Below are positions 1-8,160 of a DNA stretch of 11,040 bases, in pieces (within the stretch, counting starts at the first letter, position 1; each line of letters begins with the position of its first letter). Under the pieces are notes generated by a model. It had not been told where the DNA came from and did not search any database. It saw nothing but the letters and a program-made list of their open reading frames with translations. The translations under genes were made by a program, and so were the position numbers. This DNA is from Planctomycetota bacterium (lineage in GTDB: Bacteria; Planctomycetota; GCA-002687715; DRQF01): NCBI GenBank assembly GCA_036479435.1, contig JAZGFI010000280.1, positions 1 through 11,040 on the forward strand, written 5' to 3'.

Positions 1-109
1 TGCGAACGACACACTTGTCCTGGGCCTTTTGGGAAAGGTTGTCGAGCCAGTCTAAGACCGGCGCATCACCCTTCTCGTCGCGGTAGAAGACCACCTCCAT
101 CTTCGGCAT
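1..109 (-). CDS. Type II toxin-antitoxin RelE/ParE-superfamily toxin (HigB/Gp49-like), 5' part; runs off the left edge
   Basis: Manual translation, absent from the ORF track: MPKMEVVFYRDEKGDAPVLDWLDNLSQKAQDKCVVR. This fits the N-terminal pattern V-x-FY-x(4)-G-x-x-PV-x-(D/E)-W-L of Gp49/HigB-like toxins. AGGAG (119-115) lies 5 nt before ATG 109; there is an alternative ATG at 112. Confidence 0.8.
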   Translation of the reverse strand, partial: MPKMEVVFYRDEKGDAPVLDWLDNLSQKAQDKCVVR

Positions 110-121
110 CATGACTCCTAA

Positions 122-150
122 AATATGTCACAAATTTGTGACAGTGTCAA
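122..150 (-). promoter_or_regulatory. Sigma70-type promoter of the toxin gene with palindromic operator
   Basis: Minus strand: TTGACA (150-145), 17-nt spacer, CATATT (127-122). The perfect palindrome TGTCACAAATTTGTGACA (126-143) fills the spacer. Confidence 0.75.
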
Positions 151-290
151 CAGTTTGCCGCAAGTACTTCGAACGCAGGAATTTACGCTCTGGAGCGAGG
201 TTGGTGAAACTCGATGGTCGTCTTGTTCGCGAGCGTGCAGAACTCATTTGAACTTAAGACGCGGTTGAGACCACGGTCGTGAGCCTTGGT

Positions 291-314
291 GCCTGCCCGC
301 GAAACTGGGCAGGC
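291..314 (-). terminator. GC-rich hairpin just after the methyltransferase stop (possible terminator or 3' stabiliser)
   Basis: GCCTGCCC-8 nt-GGGCAGGC, 3 nt beyond the stop codon at 320-318. There is no poly-U tail. Confidence 0.35.
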
Positions 315-317
315 CGA

Positions 318-1865
318 CTAAATCCGGGAAGGCTTTCGCGAGGGCCGGATATCAAGGGCGTGAATTCGGAAGGTGTCGCCCTTGATATAGGTTGGGTCTA
401 AGCGGATGCGCATCAGGTAGTGGCCGGGCTGGTACAAGCGGGCAGGCAGAGTGAACTCAAGCTCATGAGTTGATTGGGAGCCAATTGAAACGGTTCTACT
501 TTCGGCATTTTTCTGCTCAAAATGAAAGGCCGTGTCGTCGAGAAGGAATAGCTCGACGGTTCGCTCTCCCGCATCGCCTTTGAATTCAATGGTGACCGAA
601 CACTCCATGTTTTCTGTGAGCTCAAGGCAAAGCAGAGATGACACGATCTGCGGATCTAGACTTGTGGATTCAAACCAGCCGTCGCCAAGGCTCTCGACGT
701 CGATCAAGTCCCAATCATCGGGGATGACTTCAGCGCTTGAGTCGCTGGGTCGCGAGTCGAACTTCGGAGTTGGTAGGGCGAACTCCTGATCTATTTTTTG
801 AAGTGACTGCTGCCGCGTTTCGGAAATGCCGAGATGGGTGGCGATGGACGAGATGCTATCGGCGGGGTCGCGATGGTAGTAAAAGTTCGCCACGCCTTTT
901 CGGTCGCTGCTGTCGCGCTCGAACGCGGTGTCACATTTTGAGCACTGAGGGCTTTGGGGTTCGCCAAGGGAATGGTGGCACTTGGGGCATACGAGGTTTT
1001 CGGGATAAAGAGGGCCGGCGTGCAGCTCAGGCGTCGGCAAACTGACCAAGCCCTTCCAAAGTAGCTCAACGATTTCGTCGTCAAAGTCGGGGATGCCAGG
1101 ATTGAGCTTTTCGTTTGAGTCGGTCGCGGCAACCATGATAACGCCGCCGTCGCAGTGGTGCTCGGTTGAATTGAGGACGCGTTTGAACTCCGAGAGCGTA
1201 GACTCGGCGTCTTTAGGGTCGAGGCCATCCGCAAGAAAACGCTGGGGCCTAAAAGTAGCCTCGGAGTCTCCGAAAAGTGCCTCGATGTCCTCGGGGCAAA
1301 GAACATTCTTTTCCATATGAGCGTCGACATGTCGTGCCCGAAGGATGTGTTGCCTTTCGCTAAGGCTTGGCGCCCATTCCTCAGTCGACAGGACCACGAA
1401 ACGGCGCGCCACTCGCTGAGCTTCGAGGATCGCGCCCATCGGGTCCGAAAGATGCTCAACAACTTCCGCCAGCGTCACGACGTCGAAGGCATTGTCGGGA
1501 AAGGGAAGCGCCGAGGCATTCGCCGCTACCGAGGGAATCTTCAACATGCTGGAGGCGATCCAGCAGGCTTCAACGGAAGTGTCGAGGGCGACCGTGGGGA
1601 TATCCAAGACTTTTTGAGCCAGGGCCGGAAAGTAACCTTCGGCCGTTCCCACATCCAAAAGGCTACTGGGTTGCAGACGTTTTAGTTCACAAAGAAGGTC
1701 ATAGAGCCTAACGGCTCGCCGAAGGTGTTGCCCCTCGGTCGGGCCTTTCCCGATGCCGTAGACCGGCTCATGGGTGACCGGAAGACCTTCTTCAGATCTC
1801 TGCGCAAAGCGAAACTCAAGCTAGTTCCGAGTGGCACGACTGTAGTCGGCAACAAAGTTGCGCAT
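318..1865 (-). pseudogene. Class I SAM-dependent methyltransferase + CxxC..CxxC Zn-ribbon (Trm112-like) + C-terminal beta-sandwich domain; interrupted by an in-frame TAG at codon 15
   Basis: Motif I LLDVGTAEG and LPFPDNAFDVVTLAEVVEHL (Methyltransf_11-type); CPKC...CSKC at 989-933; C-terminal DPQI...RIRLDP. The track's 1658 TTG falls inside motif I. The same frame continues upstream to ATG 1865, preceded by AAGGGG, and reads MRNFVADYSRATRN*LEFRFAQRSEEGLPVTHEPVYGIGKG with TAG at 1823-1821. Confidence 0.7.
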
Positions 1866-1942
1866 GGATTCCCCTTAGTTCATGCAGAGCTGCCGCATCT
1901 GGCCAACCCAAGATCCCAGTTCATCCGACTTTTCGAAGTCAG

Positions 1943-2731
1943 TTGGGTGGTTTCCACAGATCTGACTTGAGTCCCGGCGTCTATACGGTACGAATCTTGC
2001 TTAACCGCATCGAGGTGTTTCGTTTGGATTGTGTGCAAATCAGATCCGGCGAGACGGCGCGGCCCGAAGCTTTGCGAAATTTAGTCGTGGGTCACAACTT
2101 CGACGTTGGCTTGGTGACGGCTCTCGCCATGGACGGCGAACCGCACCGCAATGCATGGCTTGACTTGGAGTCCCTTCCGCAGCGAAGTGCCGAGGATCCC
2201 TGCCGAATCACCAACGACTTTGGCCAGGCTGCTCTTGTTTATGAAAGGGGCAAGCCCTATTCGCTTTCGGTCCGCACGAACTGGAAGGACCCGAACGGTG
2301 TCAAACGCAGGCTCTCAAGGCCCTGGTTCCCCGTCGTCTTGAGAACTGGAAAGAGCAGTACTCCACAACTCAGCCCAGCAGAAAACGAAACGCCGGTCGA
2401 GTTTAAATTGACCCTTTCCGACCCCCTGCCAATCAGCAAATGGTGGGTACGTCTCATGCTGATCGGTCCTGCAGCTCAAAGAAGAGCGGGGGCGCGCGCC
2501 GCCAGTGCCGTGAACATCTCAGACAAGCAACTGAGCTTGAACTTGTCCGTCCCCTTCGACGGTAATTGGGATCTCGTTGTGAGACGCCGCGGACTCGGAG
2601 GGGCCGACAACGCCGTCCTGCTGACGACGTTTCACATCGACGAGAAAAGCAGCCACGAAGTGTTCGTTGACATTGATGCCGCGATGATGAAAGCCCTTCA
2701 ACGCTTGGCTCGCGTCGATATTCCGCGCTAG
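1943..2731 (+). pseudogene. 5'-truncated paralog of the 5411-7744 surface protein, with an extra C-terminal domain
   Basis: 1946-~2350 aligns with the last ~136 aa of 5411-7744 (IEVFRL, RPEAL, LVVG, DVGLVT, TND.GQ, P.FP), roughly 40-45% identical by hand. It has a TTG start with no clear RBS or signal peptide, and starts mid-domain only 78 nt from the divergent ATG at 1865. Confidence 0.65.
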
Positions 2732-2808
2732 GAAGATTGCGAATTGCCGGCAAAGTTGGTGAGCTGCGAGGTCTTGCGTTCACTTCGTGAATCGAGATCA
2801 GCGCCCGG

Positions 2809-5136
2809 TCAGTGGAGTACGACCTCGGGGGCGTAGGTATCACTCGAAAAGGTCGATGATGCGTCTCCGAGGTACTCGCGAGTCCCGTTTGAAGAGGGGA
2901 CAGAGGCTTTGATAACTCGATAGTTTCCTGCGTCGGCGACAGCGCAGAGGAACTCTCCTTTGTCGTTGGTCTGGGTCATGCGGTAGCTCAGAGCGACCCA
3001 CTTGCCGTCGTCGTCGAGAACCTGGAAAGTCACAAAGCCTTTTGCGATGGGCTTTCTGCTTTCGTCAACGATTCTTCCGCGTAGATAGCGGACGGGAGAA
3101 AGAACGATGGTCTTTCGGCCAGCAGCCAGTTCCTGCGTCGTGACCGTGGAGCGTTGACCACCGCGCAGAATGAGGTCGTGGCTTTCCAGCTCCTTCATTT
3201 CGATCCAATACTCACCGTCAGTAAGTTTCAGCGTGGTGGCCAGACCCTCGCTGTCGCTGATGAGCGTGTCGAGCGTGTACTGCGTCAAATTGATGCCCTG
3301 GCCCCGCTCGCGAACGGCGATCTGAATTCCCGCGAGAGGAAGTCCGGATTCGTTTTGGACTTGGATGGAGAGGGTCTTGGTGGCCTTCAACTGAATGTGG
3401 ACCCCGGCCCGGACCTTTTTCGAGTGCACTTCGAAGACGGCGCTTTCCGTCCAGGCTTGGTGAGGTGGGTTGCAAGTGGCCTTCCACTTCCCGACCGGCA
3501 CCTCAAGGATTCTGAACTCTCCATGTTCGTCGCTGAGCGCTGAAAGCTCGGAGTTACTTTGTTGATTTTTGCTGAAGTTTCGAAAAAGTGACTTCGCCTC
3601 CATCAGTCCAACTCGAACGCCCGCTAAGCCTTGGCCCCGATCGTCGACAACTTTTCCTTGCACCGAACCAGCCGCTAGTACTCTAAGAACGAGGTCGTGC
3701 TGGGGAGTTAGATCGCTAACGAAGACCAAGAAACTCTGGCGTTGAGGATCAACCTTAGTTCGCGCTGAAAAGTCGAACCCACTGTGACCTAACTTCTTGG
3801 CGAGCCGGGCGAAGGGACTTTCCATCGTCGCGTGCGATTCACTCATGCTTTTGACGTCGATGGAATAGCCGGCGCGGTCGCAACTGAGGTGGTTCCAGCC
3901 TCCAGGAATTGACTGAAAGTGAAAACCGCCTCGGCTGTCGGTCGTGATGCGTCTTGAGATCCTCGATCCGCCAATTCCGGGGAAAATGCACTCCACCTCA
4001 ACGCCGACGAGAGCCTGGGCGCTGTTTCCGGCGAAAACTCGGCCGGATATTTCACATCCTTTGGAAACCGTGACGATGGTTCCCCGATCTAGGGCCCCGA
4101 AGATCTCGAAGCGATTACCTTGAGCGGGGTCTAAGCTCGGATCATCTTGGCTGGCCAAAAACCAGTCCTTCGAAAGGACCTGGATTCTGACGGTCGAGGA
4201 CTTAGGAAAGGACGGGAGCAAGGCATCGCCCTGGTTGTCCGATACGCCGAGGAACCAGTGATGAGCCTCGGCATCCAAGGCTCGGAACCGGATGTTGGCG
4301 TTGACCGGGCATTGATCTCGCTTCACGAAGTGGACAAGAAGGCTTTCACCCTGCGGCAGGTTGAAAATGACGCGGCCACTGGCGTCGCGATCGTTGTTTC
4401 CGATATAGGTATCTGAAAACAATCCGACCCTGGGGTGATCGAAATGCACGATTCCCCGGTGTCGCTTGTAGTCAAAGCACTTGAAAATACCGGTGTCGTC
4501 GGTCGCCTCGGCGATCCGGATGACTTGTTCCACTGGGAATTCTTTTGGCCTGAACTCGAGAATCACCGGGATACTCTGTAGGACTTGGTCTTTGACTCCA
4601 ACCAAGATTCCCAAGCTGCGAGGATGTTCCAAGACGATCGTTGCAGACCCTTCATTCCAGGCTTGATGGGATAAGGGGATGCTCTGAATCTCAAAACCGA
4701 ATGTCTCTGCGTCGGCGAACAGGACCAAGTCGTTGCGGTGGGGATTTTGACTAAGAGAGCATGAGAAAAAGCCCTCGGCATCTGAAAGAGTGCTCGCGAT
4801 GATCTCGGAAAAAACCTGCGGGTCCTGCCGTGGACTTGGCGCGAGGATCATGACTTTCACGGAGTTCTGTCCAGCGCCATCAGAGTTGACAACGCGCCCT
4901 TGGAGTCGCCAAACTTCTAAGTCGACGGCTGGGGGCGGCGTCCGTTCGGTGAGTTCGGTCGGTGACGATTTGTCTTGAGGGCGCGAGATCTTGGGGGCGG
5001 AGCGCTCGGGTTGGTCATCACCGAGCTCGACGGCATCTCGATCGTCGAAGGCGTTCAGATAAAGGGCCGCTGCGAGGATCAGTCCCAATAGAAGGGTGGT
5101 TGCAGCCACCAGCCGCTTGAGTCGTCGACGATTCAA
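2809..5136 (-). CDS. Membrane-anchored protein with carboxypeptidase-regulatory-like (prealbumin-fold) repeats, 775 aa
   Basis: Basic N-terminus followed by a hydrophobic helix. Repeated units such as LQGRVVNSDG...SDAEGFF, ISGRVF...TDSRGGFHFQSIPGG, VQGKVVDDRGQGLAGV...SDEHGEFRILEVPVG and LRGRIVDES...TNDKGEF. TTG start with AAGGAG about 9 nt upstream. Confidence 0.8.
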   Translation of the reverse strand: MNRRRLKRLVAATTLLLGLILAAALYLNAFDDRDAVELGDDQPERSAPKISRPQDKSSPTELTERTPPPAVDLEVWRLQGRVVNSDGAGQNSVKVMILAPSPRQDPQVFSEIIASTLSDAEGFFSCSLSQNPHRNDLVLFADAETFGFEIQSIPLSHQAWNEGSATIVLEHPRSLGILVGVKDQVLQSIPVILEFRPKEFPVEQVIRIAEATDDTGIFKCFDYKRHRGIVHFDHPRVGLFSDTYIGNNDRDASGRVIFNLPQGESLLVHFVKRDQCPVNANIRFRALDAEAHHWFLGVSDNQGDALLPSFPKSSTVRIQVLSKDWFLASQDDPSLDPAQGNRFEIFGALDRGTIVTVSKGCEISGRVFAGNSAQALVGVEVECIFPGIGGSRISRRITTDSRGGFHFQSIPGGWNHLSCDRAGYSIDVKSMSESHATMESPFARLAKKLGHSGFDFSARTKVDPQRQSFLVFVSDLTPQHDLVLRVLAAGSVQGKVVDDRGQGLAGVRVGLMEAKSLFRNFSKNQQSNSELSALSDEHGEFRILEVPVGKWKATCNPPHQAWTESAVFEVHSKKVRAGVHIQLKATKTLSIQVQNESGLPLAGIQIAVRERGQGINLTQYTLDTLISDSEGLATTLKLTDGEYWIEMKELESHDLILRGGQRSTVTTQELAAGRKTIVLSPVRYLRGRIVDESRKPIAKGFVTFQVLDDDGKWVALSYRMTQTNDKGEFLCAVADAGNYRVIKASVPSSNGTREYLGDASSTFSSDTYAPEVVLH

Positions 5137-5410
5137 ATTGGATAACTCCTTCTTGCCCGACCGAGAGGCCAGTTACGGCTTGAGTTAGGCCTTTTGAGAG
5201 AACTCGTTGTCAAAACGGTCGCCTTGAAAAACTCTTTGTGTGAACCGAGACATCCGCAGTTACGCGGAAAGAGGAGTTGTTTGTCACTTTCTTCGATGCT
5301 CGCGATTATGGCACTATCCCATGGTGGTGTGAGATCGGCGTCTAGTATCAAGGTCAAGCTTCGTTCGGCGACAGCGACCTGTCCCCGCGTCGTCGTTGAA
5401 GGCTCTCTAA

Positions 5411-7744
5411 ATGAAGAAGGTCATTTCGATCTCGTTGCTCTTTGTCGCCGTGTTTGCTGCCGCCTTGCTGTGGGGGCCGTGGCGGCGTGTTTTCGATTTC
5501 GGAGACGACCGTGATCGAAAGTTTGGCGAGACGCGTCAGGCAGGGGCAGAGGACCTTGCTGCGATTCCCGTTACCGTTGAAGTGATGGTGAGAAACAGCG
5601 ATGGCTCGCCTTGTCCGGGGGCGGTGATTTCAGTGCGCAATTGGCGCCTTGCGGGCCTTGAGAACATCTTGCAGATCGATGCGGCCGAAGATGAGGTCGA
5701 GTTTCGAACCGATGCATTTGGGCTGGCGCGCTGTGTTGGATTGAGCGCGGGGAATCAACGGATCATCGTGCAGTCCGGTTCCAAGATCGGGTACGCGTCC
5801 TTTTTGTTTCCGAAGCAGGATGCAGCGAACGTCGAGTCCACAAAAACCAGGAGGGTTTCTGAAAAACGAATCGATGTCTTCCTGTCGTCGGCACGGCGCT
5901 TTGAGATTCGGGTACGAGACGACCGCAACTTAGCGGTCGCGAATGGCCTGCTCATGATCGCGGACCCGACTCCGGAAAGGGCCATGCTGCATTTTCGCAG
6001 ACCTGTGAGCCCGGAGGTCTTGACCGCGCGGACGAACGCAGCGGGTCAATGCCTCGTCTTTTTGCTTTCGGACCCGATGCGCGGGATCGAAGAGCCGAAA
6101 AGCCTGCGCTTGATCTCGCTTCGCTACGGAGGAGAGCACTCGGATCAAACTTTTGAGGTCGCTCGTGCTGACTCCCTGGTCATGAAGGTGCCCAAGACCG
6201 TGAGCCTAGAGTTGCGGCCGAGGAAGGCCGATGGCTCAGCGGTCGAGAACGACATCCTTTGCTATTGGACCCTCAAGGGGCGGAATCCTAGCCGTGGGCC
6301 CCCACCAGACGATGGCGTCCCGAGAACTTCTCTCGACCATGTGATCAGATTGGAATTCTGGCGTCAGGTGTGCCAGTTGAGCCCACAAGGATACTGCATC
6401 GCGGCGTTTGCTCCCGCTGCCGAGCTCATCTTGGTGCTGGGGTCTGGCGATGACTGCCCTGCGGTCACAACGGCAAAGTTGAGTCGGGAGCGAGTTCAAA
6501 AACTTGAATTGAGATTGGGGCTTCGGCGAGCCAAGGTGCGATTCAAGATCATCGACGAAGAAAAGCAAGCTTACTTGGCTTCCGAATTACAAGTCAGCAG
6601 TGAAATAGATAGCAGCTCAGACTCGGAGTTCGGTAAGTTTCTCAAGCTTGCCAATGCTGAGAACGACTGGGTCTTAAAGGACGCGCCCCCGGGATTTTCT
6701 CGCTGGCGGCTCTCGGCGAGATCCGAAGATGACGGCTGGATCGTGGCAGCCCTCAGGTCCGATTCCCGGGGTAACGACGTCAAGCTGCTAATTTGGCGAC
6801 GCAGTGATCTTGGATTTAGAGAGAAAAGATCCGCGGAGCAAGCCCTCGCCGAGTTCGACTTGTCGGATCTTCTGCCGGGGGAAACGAGAGACCTCGGAGT
6901 TTTGGTAAGGCGGCGCCATCCGGTATTGGCGGCGGGAATGGTCGTTGGCAAAGATGGGCTCCCGCGTTCGGGCGTGAGATTAAGGGTGCGCCAAAAACCT
7001 GCCCTGCGGTCCTCGAATCGGAAGTCCAAAGGCCGTTCTCTTCCGAATTACTCTTTCGCCACGACGAGCAAGATTGACGGGCGTTTTGAAATCCGCGGGA
7101 AGGTCCGGCCGGGCTACACCAACACCGTCGCCGTAGACGCCTATCGCTCCCAGATTGAGGCCAATGTCGAGTTTGAGCCGGGAGACTCAAATCTATCTCT
7201 AACGGGAGGCCGTCCCGGGGCGATCTCGGGGCGCCTTGTCACCGTGAGTCCCGAGCTCGATTCGTGGTTGCGGTTTGAGATCTTTCCGGTGGGATCAGAG
7301 CCGGGCTTTTACCATGTCCATCGGAGCGGGAGTGGCGTTTTCAACAAGATCGCTTTGGCGCCCGGTCTCTACACGGCCCGCGTCAAGATTGCTGGGATCG
7401 AGGTGTTCCGTTTGGAGGCTATTCGCGTGGAGTCCGGAAAAACCACGCGTCCGGAGGCCTTGATCAGTCTCGTAGTAGGTCGCCACTACGACGTGGGCTT
7501 GGTGACAGTTCTCGCAGCGGACGGCAAACCTCTCCGTGGTGCCGGGGTTAACCTGGACTACTACCGGACGGGACGTCGGACCGATGACCGCGTTCTGTCT
7601 ACAAACGATCTCGGTCAGGTCGCCATTCCCTACGACAGCAGCGAACAGTTCTCGCTGGTCGTCGAGGCGATCTGGCTCGAACCCCGCAGCGAGAAGCAGA
7701 CGATCAAAGACCCTCAGTTTCCCCTGATCGTAAAGATGAAATAA
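5411..7744 (+). CDS. Membrane-anchored or secreted protein with carboxypeptidase-regulatory-like repeats, 777 aa
   Basis: N-terminal MKKVISISLLFVAVFAAALLW anchor or signal. Repeats: VMVRNSDGSPCPGAVI...RTDAFGLA..VGLSAG, VRDDRN...RTNAAGQ, GMVVGKDGLPRSGV...SKIDGRFEI, ISGRLV...LAPGLY. Long uninterrupted ORF. Confidence 0.8.
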   Translation: MKKVISISLLFVAVFAAALLWGPWRRVFDFGDDRDRKFGETRQAGAEDLAAIPVTVEVMVRNSDGSPCPGAVISVRNWRLAGLENILQIDAAEDEVEFRTDAFGLARCVGLSAGNQRIIVQSGSKIGYASFLFPKQDAANVESTKTRRVSEKRIDVFLSSARRFEIRVRDDRNLAVANGLLMIADPTPERAMLHFRRPVSPEVLTARTNAAGQCLVFLLSDPMRGIEEPKSLRLISLRYGGEHSDQTFEVARADSLVMKVPKTVSLELRPRKADGSAVENDILCYWTLKGRNPSRGPPPDDGVPRTSLDHVIRLEFWRQVCQLSPQGYCIAAFAPAAELILVLGSGDDCPAVTTAKLSRERVQKLELRLGLRRAKVRFKIIDEEKQAYLASELQVSSEIDSSSDSEFGKFLKLANAENDWVLKDAPPGFSRWRLSARSEDDGWIVAALRSDSRGNDVKLLIWRRSDLGFREKRSAEQALAEFDLSDLLPGETRDLGVLVRRRHPVLAAGMVVGKDGLPRSGVRLRVRQKPALRSSNRKSKGRSLPNYSFATTSKIDGRFEIRGKVRPGYTNTVAVDAYRSQIEANVEFEPGDSNLSLTGGRPGAISGRLVTVSPELDSWLRFEIFPVGSEPGFYHVHRSGSGVFNKIALAPGLYTARVKIAGIEVFRLEAIRVESGKTTRPEALISLVVGRHYDVGLVTVLAADGKPLRGAGVNLDYYRTGRRTDDRVLSTNDLGQVAIPYDSSEQFSLVVEAIWLEPRSEKQTIKDPQFPLIVKMK

Positions 7745-8079
7745 GTCCTCATCCGCAAGTCGCGGCGGACTCGGCAGTACCCAGGCCTGCCGATTTCGAC
7801 ATTGACCAGATTTGATCAATGGCCATTGACTAAACTCAAAAACAGGACCCAAGTTCAGCTGGCAGAGCAACTTGCTGACTTCGAGTTCGTGCGGTTCGGG
7901 GTGGTCTAGCTCCCATCTTGCGGCTGGCGGATAGGAGGCCCTGAGGAGCGAAGTTGTGGCTGATTGGTAACGGTTTCACCCGAGTTTGGGCTGTTCAAGC
8001 AGGCGGCATGTCGAATGAAACGGAAGCCATTGCCCCCGAGGCGGGGCCTGGATGCGGTCTAGCCCTCTCTTCATGTGTT

Positions 8080-8094
8080 TGGCATATTACTTGC
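8080..8094 (+). promoter_or_regulatory. Sigma54 (RpoN) -24/-12 promoter of the FG-GAP gene
   Basis: TGGCAT-ATTAC-TTGC versus consensus TGGCAC-N5-TTGC, with exact GG-N10-GC spacing. It predicts a TSS near 8106, about 55 nt before ATG 8161. Confidence 0.7.
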
Positions 8095-8160
8095 GAAGAA
8101 AGCAATCGACGAAGCGGGCTAATAGCCCTGAATCGAAGCTGGCCAGAGGAGACTCAACTC

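Noticed and set aside
1656..1658. TTG 1658 as the methyltransferase start
   Set aside because: It lies within SAM-binding motif I and has no RBS. The frame extends to an RBS-supported ATG at 1865.
5309..5324. TGGCAC as a sigma54 promoter for the 5411 gene
   Set aside because: There is no GC at the -12 position (GG-N10-TG).
8090..8140. Leader as a known riboswitch or hammerhead ribozyme
   Set aside because: It lacks the CUGANGA/GAAA hammerhead core and the c-di-GMP-I consensus. The apparent upstream hairpin overlaps the -12 box and would lie before the predicted TSS.
7954..8160. 69-aa N-terminal extension of the FG-GAP ORF given in the track
   Set aside because: The RBS, signal peptide, paralog start and sigma54 promoter all point to ATG 8161.
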